From the NCBI GenBank assembly GCA_044356735.1, contig JBIKVR010000001.1, positions 145 to 64,144 of the forward strand: 64,000 nucleotides of DNA. The letters run 5' to 3'. Source of the stretch: Prochlorococcaceae cyanobacterium (GTDB taxonomy: Bacteria; Cyanobacteriota; Cyanobacteriia; PCC-6307; Cyanobiaceae). This document shows positions 27,802 to 38,262 of this stretch, in pieces. Under the pieces are notes generated by a model, which saw only the letters and a list, made by a program, of their open reading frames with translations, did no database searches and had not been told where the DNA came from. The stretch's first letter is position 1. Each line of letters opens with the position of its first letter. Made by a program: the position numbers and the translations under genes.

Positions 27802-28901
27802 CCGACCTGACCAACACAGCAGCGCCTGGTGCCGGGCTGGTCCTGGTGCTCAATGCCGGCAGTTCCAGTCTCAAGGCCTCCCTGCTAGATGAGCGTGGCA
27901 GCCGGCTCTGGCAGGGGCAACGGGGTTGCCCCATGGCCGAGGGAGCCTCCCCTGAGGCGGTGCTCGAGGAGTGGCTGCCGGCGGTTCTGGCCCCATGGAG
28001 CGATGCCATCGTCTTGGCCGGGCACCGGGTGGTCCATGGGGGCGAACGCTTCACCGCTCCGGTCCGGCTGGAGCCGACGGTCCTGGCGGCTTTGGGGGAT
28101 CTGGTGCCCCTTGCTCCTCTGCACAATGGCCCGGCCCTTCGGGTGATGCGCTGGCTGGCGGCCCAGCAGCCGGAGCTGGAGCAGTGGGCCTGCTTCGACA
28201 CCGCCTTCCACGCCACCCTGCCGGCCGAGGCCGCCACCTATGCCATCCCCGCCGACTGGCGTCGCCAGGGCCTGCGGCGCTTCGGGTTCCATGGCCTGAG
28301 CCACCAGCATGTCGCCGATGCGGTTGCCGCCCGCAAGACTCCGGCCGACTCGGCAAATCCCCTGCGGTTGATCAGCTGCCACCTGGGCGCTGGCTGCTCC
28401 CTGTGCGCCATCACGGGGGGACGAAGCGTGGACACCACCATGGGCTTCACCCCGCTGGAGGGGCTGGTGATGGCCACCCGCTGCGGTTCTGTCGACCCCG
28501 GATTGCTGCTGCATCAGCTGCGCCGGGGCCTTTCGGTGGAGGAGCTGGACCAGGCCCTCAACGGACAAAGCGGCTTGATGGCGCTCTCCGAGCTCAGCGG
28601 CAGCATGCAGGAACTCCGGGCGGCGGCAGCGGCTGGGCACGGGGGAGCCCAGCTGGCAATCGCCGTGTTCCGCCACCGGCTTCTACGGGAGATTGGGGCC
28701 ATGGCCGCCAGCCTCGGCGGGGTCGACGTGCTCGCCTTCACCGGCGGCATCGGCGAGCACGATGGCGCGCTCAGGGAGGAGGTGGTGTCTGCCCTGAGCT
28801 GGCTCACACCCTTCGAGGTGATGGTGATTGCGGCCGATGAGGAACAGGTGATCGCCAAGGCCTGCTGGCAGAGCGCCGCCGCAGAAGCTGTTTCGCTCTG
28901 A
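27798..28901 (+). CDS. ackA: Acetate kinase
   Basis: [62 protein letters not shown] and [12 protein letters not shown] overlap with the xfp stop. Somewhat short at 367 aa. Confidence 0.9.
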   Translation: MTDLTNTAAPGAGLVLVLNAGSSSLKASLLDERGSRLWQGQRGCPMAEGASPEAVLEEWLPAVLAPWSDAIVLAGHRVVHGGERFTAPVRLEPTVLAALGDLVPLAPLHNGPALRVMRWLAAQQPELEQWACFDTAFHATLPAEAATYAIPADWRRQGLRRFGFHGLSHQHVADAVAARKTPADSANPLRLISCHLGAGCSLCAITGGRSVDTTMGFTPLEGLVMATRCGSVDPGLLLHQLRRGLSVEELDQALNGQSGLMALSELSGSMQELRAAAAAGHGGAQLAIAVFRHRLLREIGAMAASLGGVDVLAFTGGIGEHDGALREEVVSALSWLTPFEVMVIAADEEQVIAKACWQSAAAEAVSL

Positions 28902-28982
28902 TCCAGAGTCCATGTGTCCTGCCATACCGACTCTTTTTGGGGTTTCCCCTTGGACTGGTATAGCAAACAAACTATCAGACCC

Positions 28983-29267
28983 ATGGCTGACACTTACACC
29001 ATCACAACTGAGAACGGCAAGTCATTTACCTGTGCTTCTGACACCTACATCCTCGATGCTGCTGAGGATCAGGGCATTGACCTCCCCTACTCCTGTAGGG
29101 CTGGTGCTTGTAGCACCTGTGCAGGCAAAATTGTGAGCGGCGGTGTCGACCAATCTGATCAAAGCTTCCTGGACGATGATCAAATCGCCTCGGGTTTTGC
29201 CCTGCTTTGCGTGAGCTACCCCACGAGCGACTGCACCATCACCACCGGTGTGGAGGATGATCTCTGA
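28983..29267 (+). CDS. Plant-type [2Fe-2S] ferredoxin
   Basis: [67 protein letters not shown]...[13 protein letters not shown] has the CRAGACSTC...C cluster motif. I use the internal ATG of ORF 28914..29267. Confidence 0.9.
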   Translation: MADTYTITTENGKSFTCASDTYILDAAEDQGIDLPYSCRAGACSTCAGKIVSGGVDQSDQSFLDDDQIASGFALLCVSYPTSDCTITTGVEDDL

Positions 29268-29285
29268 AACCGGCGGCCCCGGACG

Positions 29286-31205
29286 TTGAGTGCCCATCCC
29301 GCCGATCCCCTGAGCCCTCCCCCCGTCCTGGTCTGTGGTCTTGGCTCCTTGGGGCAGGCCTGTCTTCAGCGCCTCCTGGCCTTTGATCTGCCCCTCCACG
29401 GCGTCGATCTGCGGCAGCCCAACTGGAGAGATCCCGAGCTGGAGTCCCGTCTGGCGGCAACGCTCACCCAAGGAGACATGCGCCTGGCCCACGTGTTGCG
29501 CCAAGCCGGTGCCGAGCGAGCCAGTGCCGTTCTGCTTCTGAGTTCCGACAGCACGATCAACTTTGAGGCTGCCCTCCAGGTACGGCTCCTCAATCCCACT
29601 GCGGAGATCGTGGTGCGTTCCAACAACCGTCGCGCCGATCTCGGCGCCCTGCTGGAGCATCGCCTGCCCGGGGTAGCGGTGGTCGATCCCATCCTTCTCT
29701 GTGCTGATGCGATCAGCACCGCCCTAAGACCTGCATCGATGCGGGCGAGAGTGGAGGTGGATGGCCAGATCATTCAGGTAATGGAGGGTCCTGGTGAGGT
29801 CCTTCGCCAACAGAAGCAAGTCCGGCTTCCCGGGTCATCCTCCGAATCCCCGCCGGTATGGTTGACAGCCCGGTCACCGCTCATCAACCAGGGCCCTCTG
29901 GCCCCTGGCCAAAACCGCCGCCATCGCGTCCAGGCCTGGCTGCGGAGCAAAATTCAAAAGCTGCGCGCCCGGCTGCGGGCGCGGACACGGCTCCAGCGGT
30001 GGGGATTCGCTCTGCTGATGCTATTGGTGCTGGTCGGCGTGCGGACCTTCTCACAAGTGGGGGGATGGAAGCAGGGGGTGTTTGTCACCCTCGGCTTGCT
30101 CAAAGGGGAGTACGTCGACCCGGTGAACCTCCTCCTCTCCGACATCACCGGGATAGAGGAGGTCAGCGCTTGGCTGATCGTTGGCACCCTCCTCTATTCC
30201 TTGGTTGGCACGCTGCTGACCTCGGCCCTGGTGGCCGTGATCCTGGAACGTTTGCTGCGGGAGCGCCTGGGTGTGGAACGGATCCGGCTGCCCCGGCGGG
30301 GCCCGGCGCCGGTGCTGTTAGTGGAGGGATCCGCGCTTGCTCAGCGCATCGCCCAGCGGCTGCGGCGTCACCAGCAGCTGGTGGTGAGGGTCGAGCCGGG
30401 GGGCAGCGATGGCTCCCAGGACAAGGGAATCGTTCAATTCGTAGAACTGGAGGAGGCGCTCCAGGCGCTTGAGGGTCGTCCTGTTGCCGCCGTTGGCCTG
30501 CTCTCCACCGATCTGCTGGCCAATCTAGAGTCCGCCATGGCGCTGCAAAAACGCTGGCCCGAGGCTGGTGTCGCGGTGCTGGCCCATGACTTTGGGGCCG
30601 CCGAACCCCTGGGGGACCTGCTGGGAGGGCTGGCTGTGATTTCCACCGTCGACCTCGTCGCTGATGCGGTGGTGGCGGCCGCCTTTGGGGAGAGGGTGGA
30701 GGGAGTCTTGCAACTGCAGGGCACCCACCTACTGATCGTGCGCTACCGCCTTCAGGAGCAGAACAATCTTTGCGGTCTGAATATCTCCAGGCTGGAGAAT
30801 GGCTATGGCGTGACAGGCGTTTCTCTGCGCCGGTCCCGCTATCGCGAGCCCATTCTTTTGCCGCCGCCAGACCTGGTGCTGGCCGCCGGAGACCAGTTGG
30901 TGGTGCTGGCGACGGCGGCCAGCCTGCGTAGCATCGAATTGGACCATCCAGTGCCCCCCCGCTATCGTCTGCAGATCCAATTTCAGGGGGCGCTCTCGCC
31001 AGAGCGTCGCTTTCAGGCGCAGCAAAGCTTGGCTCGCTGGATCGGTTGCCTCCCAGGGGAGGTGGTCCATCTACTTGATGGAGAGAAGCATCTCACTCCT
31101 CCGGTGGATCGGGAAATCTGTGATCTGTTGGTGGAAGATCTCCGGCGGCAGGGTGTGGAATGCACCCTGATTCAAGACGGTGGCTTGGGCCGGGCCAGCG
31201 GATGA
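29286..31205 (+). CDS. TrkA/RCK-domain membrane protein (putative K+ channel or transport-related)
   Basis: N-terminal Rossmann VLVCGLGSLGQACLQRLL (TrkA-N), a central pair of TM helices (ALLMLLVLVGV..., AWLIVGTLLYSLVGTLLTSALVAVIL), a second RCK-like region, and TrkA-C-like LAAGDQLVVLA. TTG start, so the start is uncertain. No canonical TVGYG filter seen. Confidence 0.65.
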   Translation: MSAHPADPLSPPPVLVCGLGSLGQACLQRLLAFDLPLHGVDLRQPNWRDPELESRLAATLTQGDMRLAHVLRQAGAERASAVLLLSSDSTINFEAALQVRLLNPTAEIVVRSNNRRADLGALLEHRLPGVAVVDPILLCADAISTALRPASMRARVEVDGQIIQVMEGPGEVLRQQKQVRLPGSSSESPPVWLTARSPLINQGPLAPGQNRRHRVQAWLRSKIQKLRARLRARTRLQRWGFALLMLLVLVGVRTFSQVGGWKQGVFVTLGLLKGEYVDPVNLLLSDITGIEEVSAWLIVGTLLYSLVGTLLTSALVAVILERLLRERLGVERIRLPRRGPAPVLLVEGSALAQRIAQRLRRHQQLVVRVEPGGSDGSQDKGIVQFVELEEALQALEGRPVAAVGLLSTDLLANLESAMALQKRWPEAGVAVLAHDFGAAEPLGDLLGGLAVISTVDLVADAVVAAAFGERVEGVLQLQGTHLLIVRYRLQEQNNLCGLNISRLENGYGVTGVSLRRSRYREPILLPPPDLVLAAGDQLVVLATAASLRSIELDHPVPPRYRLQIQFQGALSPERRFQAQQSLARWIGCLPGEVVHLLDGEKHLTPPVDREICDLLVEDLRRQGVECTLIQDGGLGRASG

Positions 31206-31379
31206 GAATCCGAGTTGAGAATCCGATCAGCCACGACGGCGGTAGAGGGGAGAGTGGTTAGAAAATGGCTACTGATACGAAGACTACGACGGGCCCGCTG
31301 GGTGAACGGGACCGTTCGCTTGGTCTGAGCTTGAACAAACCTTAACGAGACCCTTGCGGACTGCCGGCAGGCTGGAGAG

Positions 31380-31829
31380 GTGCGTTCACTGCCGCCCGCC
31401 ATGACCCTCCCGATGACCACGCTTGAAGCCTTTGCCGCCATCCCCCTGGCGGCGGTGTGCTGCGACCAGACCTTCGGCAAGGACGAAGCCCGCGTGATCC
31501 GGGAGCAGCTGCTGGTACGTACGGCCTACCAGGAGATGGAGCCCTACGCCTTCGCTCTGTTGATCTCGGGTCTGCTCAAGCGCTTCCGGGAGGAGTCGTG
31601 GCAGGGGCTGATCGCCAGCGCGGCCCCGCTGCTCAGTCCGGAGCAGCGGGAGATGGCCTTCGCCCTGGCCTGCCAGCTGATCCACTGCGATCGGATCGTG
31701 GCTCCTCAGGAGCAACAGTTCCTGGCGGTCCTGGCGCAGCAACTGCAGTTCACCACAGACCGTGCCGAGCAGATCTTTGAGGTCTGCGATCTGCTGAACC
31801 GCGATTTCGTCAATAACCAGTCGACTTAA
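31380..31829 (+). CDS. TerB-like (tellurite-resistance TerB family) protein
   Basis: EAFAAIPLAAVCCDQTFGKDEARVIREQL...EQREMAFALACQLIHCDRIVAPQEQQFLAVLAQQLQF is a TerB-type helical pattern. The start is uncertain (GTG 31380, ATG 31401 or 31413). Confidence 0.55.
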   Translation: MRSLPPAMTLPMTTLEAFAAIPLAAVCCDQTFGKDEARVIREQLLVRTAYQEMEPYAFALLISGLLKRFREESWQGLIASAAPLLSPEQREMAFALACQLIHCDRIVAPQEQQFLAVLAQQLQFTTDRAEQIFEVCDLLNRDFVNNQST

Positions 31830-31994
31830 GCCCAGAATCCAACCGCCTCTCACTGTCAGCCGACATCGAAAACTGGACCAGCACCGAATCGAGTACAGCG
31901 TCTCTACAGACCATATTCGGCTCTCATAAGTACAGGAGCAGGAAAGGGGGGGCAGTTCATTCCCCAAGCACCAGCCCCCCTGCTGGTAACGCTG

Positions 31995-32446
31995 TTGCCA
32001 TGCGACCAGGGAAGCGTCGAGTACTGCCTGACACGCCGGAGGGCCGATTGGATGATCTGGTTGAAACCGCCAAAGCGCCTATCCGCGCCAAAAGAGAGCA
32101 TCCGTTTCGGGTAATCAAACAGCAGTTCGACTTTCAGAAGACCCGACTGCGGGGAATGCTCTTACCGAGGCCGCAGGCCGAGCGTGGCGGAGCCACTAGA
32201 ACAGCTGCAAAGTGATTGTGCTGGCCGCTCTCTCGAACCTATTCATGGCACGTCGCAGGTTGCTATACAGTTCGTGATCGGAGGATTGGTGTGCCCGTTG
32301 CGGGCAAGAATTCCCCCAAACAAACCAATTTTAGCTGCCGCGAAGGTGAAATCAGGCCTATCAAGCCTCAGATCCCCCAGAAATTGTTCATCCCGAGCAA
32401 ATCGCAAGCTTAAACACTCTTTGAGGGCTCGTTGCCCAGAGGTTCC
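31995..32446 (+). mobile_element. 3' remnant (about 450 bp) of the same IS5-family element, same orientation as the copy at 18276-19234
   Basis: Near-identical to 18784-19234, from ttgccatgcgaccagggaagcgtcgag to gagggctcgttgcccagaggttcc. It encodes MRPGKRRVLPDTPEGRLDDLVETAKAPIRAKREHPFRVIKQQFDFQKTRLRG and, out of frame, NSCKVIVLAALSNLFMARRRLL. The left two-thirds of the IS are absent. Confidence 0.85.
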
Positions 32447-32505
32447 CTAGGCAAAGTTCTGCACAGGCCTATACAAAATGAAGCGATTCAGCTTCAGACC
32501 CAGAT

Positions 32506-32826
32506 TCAGCACCAGGCCGCTGGATCCAGATAGATATCGGCGGGCTGGGGAGCGGCCAGGGGCCTTTCCGCCGCCGGGTTGAGCGGTGCGGCCAGCAATT
32601 CGGCGCTGGCGACGCTGGCGCTGGCTGGCAGGGCCGGCTGGTCGGGATCAAAGCTTGTGGGATGGCTGACGCTGCTCGAAAAACCGCGAAAGATCAGCAG
32701 TTCAAACGGCTCCAACTCGCCACTGGCCCCCGCCAGCTCTCCCCGCAGCCGCAGCACCCGATCGGGCCTGGTGCGGCTAATGGCCTCCAGGGCTTCCAGC
32801 AGGCAGGCCACCGCCATGGAACTCAA
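32506..32826 (-). CDS. Conserved hypothetical protein
   Basis: 106 aa. MAVACLLEALEAISRTRPDRVLRLRGELAGASGELEPFELLIFRGFSSSVSHPTSFDPD... is protein-like and resembles a conserved cyanobacterial ORF. Family not identified. Confidence 0.5.
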   Translation of the reverse strand: MSSMAVACLLEALEAISRTRPDRVLRLRGELAGASGELEPFELLIFRGFSSSVSHPTSFDPDQPALPASASVASAELLAAPLNPAAERPLAAPQPADIYLDPAAWC

Positions 32827-32877
32827 TTACTCCTGGCCACATCCACCAGCTTGGCAGGCCCGCAAACCATGGGGCGC

Positions 32878-33528
32878 TCAAAAGCCACCGGCCACCCGGC
32901 CCAGCTTCGGCAGGCGCACCAGCAGCCACTGGAGCAGGCCCACCCCGTAGGCCACCAGGCCCAAGTAGCCGAGGAAAGCGGCCAGGGATGGCGTCCAGTC
33001 AGCGCCGAAAACAAAACCAAACAAGCCGGCGATCGGGCCGTGCAAATGCAGGGGCGGTTGCAGCCACACCGCGCATTTGGTCTGCAGCATCGACGCCTTA
33101 TCCATGCAGCTGAGGGCCGTGGCACTGAGGCCGGCGCCCAGCAGCGCCCAAATGGAGAAGCTCCAGCGCCAGATGCGCAGGCTGAGGGGCAGGGCCCGCC
33201 AGGGGGGCAGATCGTTGATTTCCTCGTTGATATCCACCCAGAACCACAGGCCAATCACCAAGATCAACTGGGCGGCAATCACCAACCAAAAGCCCAGGGG
33301 GCGCTGGTCGGTGAGTAACAGGATGGCGATCAGCAACAGGCTGGCCAGCTTCCAGTAGATGCCCATCAGCCGCAGCAGGGCGCCCTGGCGCTTCACGGAA
33401 GACCACACCAGCAGCACCAGCGGCAGGCCCACGGCAAGCGACACCGCCAGCCTGAAATCGAGCCACACCAAGGTGCGATAGAGCGCGTCCGGCACGGGAC
33501 AGGTTCGGTAAGGAGCCATTATCCGCAC
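32878..33528 (-). CDS. Multi-pass membrane protein (DUF3177-like)
   Basis: 216 aa with 5-6 hydrophobic helices (LAVSLAVGLPLVLLVW, LASLLLIAILLL, FWLVIAAQLILVIGLWFW ...). The DUF3177 assignment is from memory of cyanobacterial annotations. Confidence 0.6.
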   Translation of the reverse strand: MRIMAPYRTCPVPDALYRTLVWLDFRLAVSLAVGLPLVLLVWSSVKRQGALLRLMGIYWKLASLLLIAILLLTDQRPLGFWLVIAAQLILVIGLWFWVDINEEINDLPPWRALPLSLRIWRWSFSIWALLGAGLSATALSCMDKASMLQTKCAVWLQPPLHLHGPIAGLFGFVFGADWTPSLAAFLGYLGLVAYGVGLLQWLLVRLPKLGRVAGGF

Positions 33529-33555
33529 CTACCCTGGACGATAGGTTCGAGGGCA

Positions 33556-34914
33556 ATGGCAGGCTTCTCACTTCCTATCTGGTGGCCCGGCCGACAAGCG
33601 GCCCCTTGGTGCCGCACCGCCCTGGTCACCGATGCGTCGCTGCAGGGGGCTGTCGAGGCCGTCGCCCTGCAGCTGCGCGGTTGCGGCCCGGCCGATTTGG
33701 CCCTGGTATTCGCCTCGGCCAGCTATGCCAGCGACCTGCCGCGACTACTGCCGCTGCTGCGCCAAAAGCTCAATGCCAAACATTGGCTGGGCTGCCTCAG
33801 CTCCGGCGTGGTGGGCACTGGCGCCGACGGCGTACCCCATGAACTGGAACAGGAGCCCGGCCTGAGCGTCACCCTGCTGCACCTGCCGGGGGCCCGCTTG
33901 CATCCCTTCGTGATCGAGCCAGGCCCGCTGCCCGACCTGGACGGTCCCGCCCAGCCCTGGTTGGATCAGCTCGGCGGCGCCGGCAACCGGGAACTGAGCG
34001 CCCAGCTGGCCGCCAGCCGCTCGATGCTGCTGCTATTGGATCCCACCTGCTCGTCGATCAGCGATCTGATCAGCGGTCTCGACTTCGCCTGCCCCCAGGC
34101 CCACAAGGTGGGCGGCATTGCCGGCCAGCACAGCGCCCCCCACGGCTCGCTGCTATTTGACCAGCGGGTGGTGGGCGGCGCCATCGGCTGCCTGATCGAC
34201 GGCGACTGGACGCTGGCACCGGTGGTGGCCCAGGGCTGCCGCCCGATCGGCCCGGTGCTGGAGGTGGAGCAAGCCCAGCGCAACGTGCTGCTGGAGGTGA
34301 GTGAGGGCAATGGGCGGCGCAACACGCCAGTGGCGGCGCTGCAGGAGATCCTCAGCGGCCTCAGTGCCGCAGATCGAGACCTGGTCAAAACCTCGCTGTT
34401 TCTCGGTGTGGCGCGCCGCAACTTCAGCCTGGCCGCCATGGGAGCAGAAGCGCCATCGGCCTTCCTGGTGCGCAACTTGATCGGCGTCGATCCCCGCAAT
34501 GGCGCCGTCGCCGTGGCCGAACGGATGCGGGTGGGCCAGCAGGTGCAGTTCCAATTGCGCGATGGCGACACCTCCCGCCAGGAACTGCGGGAGTTGTTGC
34601 AAAGCCAGGCCAGCGGCGGCAAGCAGCCGCTGCTGGGGCTGCTGTTCGCCTGTCTGGGCCGGGGCCAGGGGCTCTACGGGGTGCCAGACGGCGATGTGAA
34701 CTCCTGTGCGGCTGTTTATCCGGGCCTGCCGGTGGCCGGGGCCTTTTGCAATGGCGAGATCGGCCCGGTGGCCGGCACCACCCACCTGCACGGCTACACC
34801 GCCTGCTGGGGCTTGCTGGTGCCTAGCCCCCAAAAGGTGAAAGCCCAGCAGGGCGAGCCAGCGGCCGAGCAACCGCCAGATCAAGGCCGCCCAGACCTGC
34901 CATCACGCAACTAA
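33556..34914 (+). CDS. FIST-domain signal-transduction protein
   Basis: 452 aa. FIST_N-like [21 protein letters not shown]...GCLSSGVVG and FIST_C-like [19 protein letters not shown]...[15 protein letters not shown]. Confidence 0.8.
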   Translation: MAGFSLPIWWPGRQAAPWCRTALVTDASLQGAVEAVALQLRGCGPADLALVFASASYASDLPRLLPLLRQKLNAKHWLGCLSSGVVGTGADGVPHELEQEPGLSVTLLHLPGARLHPFVIEPGPLPDLDGPAQPWLDQLGGAGNRELSAQLAASRSMLLLLDPTCSSISDLISGLDFACPQAHKVGGIAGQHSAPHGSLLFDQRVVGGAIGCLIDGDWTLAPVVAQGCRPIGPVLEVEQAQRNVLLEVSEGNGRRNTPVAALQEILSGLSAADRDLVKTSLFLGVARRNFSLAAMGAEAPSAFLVRNLIGVDPRNGAVAVAERMRVGQQVQFQLRDGDTSRQELRELLQSQASGGKQPLLGLLFACLGRGQGLYGVPDGDVNSCAAVYPGLPVAGAFCNGEIGPVAGTTHLHGYTACWGLLVPSPQKVKAQQGEPAAEQPPDQGRPDLPSRN

Positions 34915-35678
34915 TGGTGCGCCAACACGTCAATCCGCTCAGCCGCTTCTTCCAGCTGCCCCGGCCCCTGCCGCCGCCGGAGCAGCTGTTCGCCCAGCCG
35001 CAGCGGCCGATCCACCTGGACATCGGTTGCGCCCGCGGCCGCTTTCTGCTGGCCATGGCCCAGCTGGAAGCCGATCGCAATTACCTGGGCGTGGAGATCC
35101 GCCGCCCCCTGGTGACCGCCGCGGAGGCCGACCGCCAGGCCCTGGAGCTCACCAACCTGCACTATCTGTTCTGCAACGCCAATGTGAGCCTGGAAAACTG
35201 GCTGCTGGCGCTGCCGGCCGGTCTGCTGGAGCGGGTATCAATTCAATTTCCCGATCCCTGGTTCAAGGCAAAACACCACAAGCGGCGGGTATTGCAACCG
35301 GAGCTGCTGCGGGCCCTGGCCGCGGCCCTGGCCCCGGGCCGGGAACTGTTCATCCAGAGCGATGTGCTGGAGGTGATCGAGCCGATGCGGGCCTTGATCG
35401 AAACCAGCGGCCAGTTCGCGGCCCAAACCCCCAGCAACCCTCCAGCCAATGCTGAGCGCTGGTTTGGCGCCAATCCCCTGCCGCTGCCCACGGAGCGAGA
35501 AACCCTGGTGCTGCGCCAGGGCCTGCCTGTTTATCGGCTGCTCTACCGGCGCAACGCCCTGGCCACCAGCGCCAGCGGCAGGTCGGCAGAGGCCGGCAGA
35601 CCAGAAGCCACCGATAATCCGGCCACGGCAGCGGCTCCGGCCCCTGCATCTGCCCAAACCAGGGCCATGGCTCGATGA
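34914..35678 (+). CDS. trmB: tRNA (guanine-N7)-methyltransferase
   Basis: [13 protein letters not shown]...[16 protein letters not shown]...YLGVEIR...[18 protein letters not shown]. The start overlaps the FIST stop by 1 nt (TAATG). Ala/Pro-rich C-terminal tail. Confidence 0.9.
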   Translation: MVRQHVNPLSRFFQLPRPLPPPEQLFAQPQRPIHLDIGCARGRFLLAMAQLEADRNYLGVEIRRPLVTAAEADRQALELTNLHYLFCNANVSLENWLLALPAGLLERVSIQFPDPWFKAKHHKRRVLQPELLRALAAALAPGRELFIQSDVLEVIEPMRALIETSGQFAAQTPSNPPANAERWFGANPLPLPTERETLVLRQGLPVYRLLYRRNALATSASGRSAEAGRPEATDNPATAAAPAPASAQTRAMAR

Positions 35679-37222
35679 CTTCCACCTCCGCCTCCCCTCC
35701 CTGGCTGCTGCGCTGGCAGGGTTTGCTGGCGGCCAGCGGCGGCCCCCTGGCCCAGCGCCTGGAGCCGATCAGCGGCCTGGTGGTCTGCGCGCTGATGGCG
35801 GGGCTGCCGCTGGTAACCCGCGCCGGCCTCAGCCTGCTGATTACCGCGGCGGGTCTGCTGTGGCTGCTCTGGGCCCTGCGCACCCCCGCCGGCCGCATCG
35901 GACCGATCAGCGGCTGGTTGCTGGTGATCCTGGGAATAATGCTGCTGGCCAGCGGCACCTCGCCCGTACCGGTGGCGGCCGCCAAGGGGCTGGCCAAACT
36001 GGTGAGCTACCTGGGCGTCTATGCCCTGATGCGCCAGTTGCTGGCCCGATCCCCCGCCTGGTGGGATCGGATCGTGGCGGCGCTGCTGGCCGGTGAACTG
36101 GCAAGCAGCGTGATCGCCATCCGCCAGCTCTACGGCGACACCTCGGAGTTGGCCCGCTGGGCCGATCCAAATTCCGTGGCCGATGGCACGATCCGGGTCT
36201 ACGGACCGCTGGAAAATCCCAACCTGCTGGCGGGCTATCTGATTCCAATCCTGCCGCTGGCCGTGGTGGCCCTGTTGCGCTGGTCGCCCTGGCCCCAAAA
36301 GCTTTATGCCGCCACCGCCCTGCTGCTGGGCAGCACTGCCCTGTTCTTGAGCTACAGCCGTGGCGGCTGGCTGGGGATGGTGGCGGCGCTGGCCAGCACC
36401 GGCCTGTTGCTGGTGTTGCGCCAGACCCGCAGCTGGCCGCCCCTGGCCCGGCGGCTGTTTCCGCTGCTGCTGGCGGTTTTCGGCGCGGCGCTGCTGGTGG
36501 TGGCGATCACCCAGGTGGAGCCGCTGCGCATCCGGGCGATGAGCCTGCTGGCGGGCCGCCAGGACAGCTCCAACAACTTCCGCATCAACGTTTGGCTGGC
36601 GGCGCTGCAGATGGTGCAGGACCGCCCCTGGCTTGGGATTGGACCTGGCAACACCGCCTTCAATCTGATCTATCCCCTCTACCAACAGCCGAAGTTCAAC
36701 GCCCTCAGCGCCTACTCCGTGCCCCTGGAACTGCTGGTGGAAGGCGGCATTCCCGCGCTGCTAGCGGGGCTCGGGCTATTGCAGGCGTCGCTGCGGCGGG
36801 GCCTGGCCCAACTGCGGGGCGAGTCCAGCTGGGCCCTGCCGGCCCTGGGCGCCGTCGCCGCCATCGCCGGTCTCTGCGTTCAAGGCGCCACCGACACGAT
36901 CTTCTTCCGACCGGAAGTGCAGCTGATCGGCTGGTTCTGCCTGGCCACCCTGGCGGTGAGCGAGCCGCGATCGGCCAGCGGCCAGCCAGCTGCCGCCAAT
37001 GGCCAACAGCCCATAGCCCATCCACAGCCAGCCAGCGGCCAACCCATCGCCCAGGGGCCACAGCCCATAGCCAGCGACCCACAGCCAGCCAACGAGCCGC
37101 AAGCGGCCAACATCGCCACGATCCCCGGCCAGCCTGGGGCCAGCGGCCCACAGCCAGCAAGCAACCAGCCTGGGGCCAGCGGGCCAAAGCCCAGTGTGAT
37201 CCTTCCAGACCCTTGGGCCTGA
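35675..37222 (+). CDS. ictB: IctB-family / O-antigen-ligase-like membrane protein
   Basis: 515 aa, polytopic, with the Wzy_C-like core ([17 protein letters not shown]...). The N-terminus [21 protein letters not shown] is typical of cyanobacterial IctB. ATGA overlap with the trmB stop. Repetitive Pro/Gln/Ala tail (36970-37195). Confidence 0.8.
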   Translation: MTSTSASPPWLLRWQGLLAASGGPLAQRLEPISGLVVCALMAGLPLVTRAGLSLLITAAGLLWLLWALRTPAGRIGPISGWLLVILGIMLLASGTSPVPVAAAKGLAKLVSYLGVYALMRQLLARSPAWWDRIVAALLAGELASSVIAIRQLYGDTSELARWADPNSVADGTIRVYGPLENPNLLAGYLIPILPLAVVALLRWSPWPQKLYAATALLLGSTALFLSYSRGGWLGMVAALASTGLLLVLRQTRSWPPLARRLFPLLLAVFGAALLVVAITQVEPLRIRAMSLLAGRQDSSNNFRINVWLAALQMVQDRPWLGIGPGNTAFNLIYPLYQQPKFNALSAYSVPLELLVEGGIPALLAGLGLLQASLRRGLAQLRGESSWALPALGAVAAIAGLCVQGATDTIFFRPEVQLIGWFCLATLAVSEPRSASGQPAAANGQQPIAHPQPASGQPIAQGPQPIASDPQPANEPQAANIATIPGQPGASGPQPASNQPGASGPKPSVILPDPWA

Positions 37223-37251
37223 TTAAGCCACCAGCTCCGCCCAGTGCCGGA

Positions 37252-38226
37252 ATGCCCCAACTGATCGCCGGCTTTGATGCCGGCCAAACCCACAGCCGCT
37301 GCCGCCTCGCCCTGGTGCGGGCCGCTGGCTCCAGCACCAGCTATCAGCCGCTGGCGGAAGGCAGCGGCAGCGGCGTCAGCCACCTGGCCGCCGCCGACGG
37401 CCCGGCGCGCTTCCAGGCGGCCCTCACCAGCAGCCTGGCCGCCGCTCGCGCCCAGTTGAGCGCATCCAACCTGCCCCCCCTGGAAGCCCTGCCGCCCCTG
37501 GCGGCCGCGGCGGTGGGGGCCAGCGGTGTGGAACAGGGCAGCGAGCTGCAGGGCCGCGGCCAAAGCCTGGCCGCCGCGGCCCTGGGCCTGGCGCCAGCGA
37601 TGGTGGCCGTTACCGGCGACGAGCGCACGGCCCTGGCGGGGGCCTTTGGCGCTGGAGCTGGAGTGCTGGTGATCAGCGGCACCGGCGCTATCGCCGTCGG
37701 GCGAGATGGGGCTGGCCACAGCCATCGCTGCGGTGGCTGGGGCTGGCTGCTGGATGGGGCCGGCTCCGCCATGGACATCGGCCGCGATGGTCTGGCGGCC
37801 AGTGTGGCCATGGCGGACGGCCGCAGGGCCGAAACCCCCCTGCGCTCAGCCCTCTGGCAGGCCCTGGGCGCCGAATCGGCCCAGGCGGTGAAGGCGGCGG
37901 TGGTGGCCAGTGATTTCGGTGCCGCCGGCTTTGCGCGGCTGGCCCCGGTGGTGGATCGCCTCGCCGACGCCGGCGATCCAGAGGCGATCGTGATCGTGCG
38001 GCGCTCGGCCACGGCCCTCGCCGAGCTGGTGGTTGGGGTGGCCACAGCCCTGGCCATGCCGGCGGCTCCCGTGTGTCCGGTGGGGGGAGCGCTGACGCAC
38101 CTGCGGCAACTGCGGCGCCACTTTGAGCAAAGCCTGCAGCTGTCGCTGCCCGGGGCGAGCCTGGTGAGCCCTGGCGGCGATGCCTGCTCCGGCGCCCTGG
38201 CCCTGGCGGCCGCGCTGCTGGATTGA
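37252..38226 (+). CDS. BadF/BadG/BcrA/BcrD-type ATPase (N-acetylglucosamine-kinase-like)
   Basis: MPQLIAGFDAGQTHSRCRL..., VLVISGTGAIAVG, GGWGWLLDGAGSAMDIGRDGL. I use the internal ATG at 37252 of ORF 36592..38226. The upstream part overlaps ictB out of frame. Confidence 0.75.
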   Translation: MPQLIAGFDAGQTHSRCRLALVRAAGSSTSYQPLAEGSGSGVSHLAAADGPARFQAALTSSLAAARAQLSASNLPPLEALPPLAAAAVGASGVEQGSELQGRGQSLAAAALGLAPAMVAVTGDERTALAGAFGAGAGVLVISGTGAIAVGRDGAGHSHRCGGWGWLLDGAGSAMDIGRDGLAASVAMADGRRAETPLRSALWQALGAESAQAVKAAVVASDFGAAGFARLAPVVDRLADAGDPEAIVIVRRSATALAELVVGVATALAMPAAPVCPVGGALTHLRQLRRHFEQSLQLSLPGASLVSPGGDACSGALALAAALLD

Positions 38227-38262
38227 GCCACGCCCCAGGCTGGTGCGATCTGGCCGAGTTGA

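Noticed and set aside
36592-37251. N-terminal 220 codons of ORF 36592..38226
   Set aside because: They overlap the ictB 3' end out of frame and are Arg/Pro/Ala-rich. The kinase-like protein starts naturally at MPQLIAGFDAGQTH (37252).
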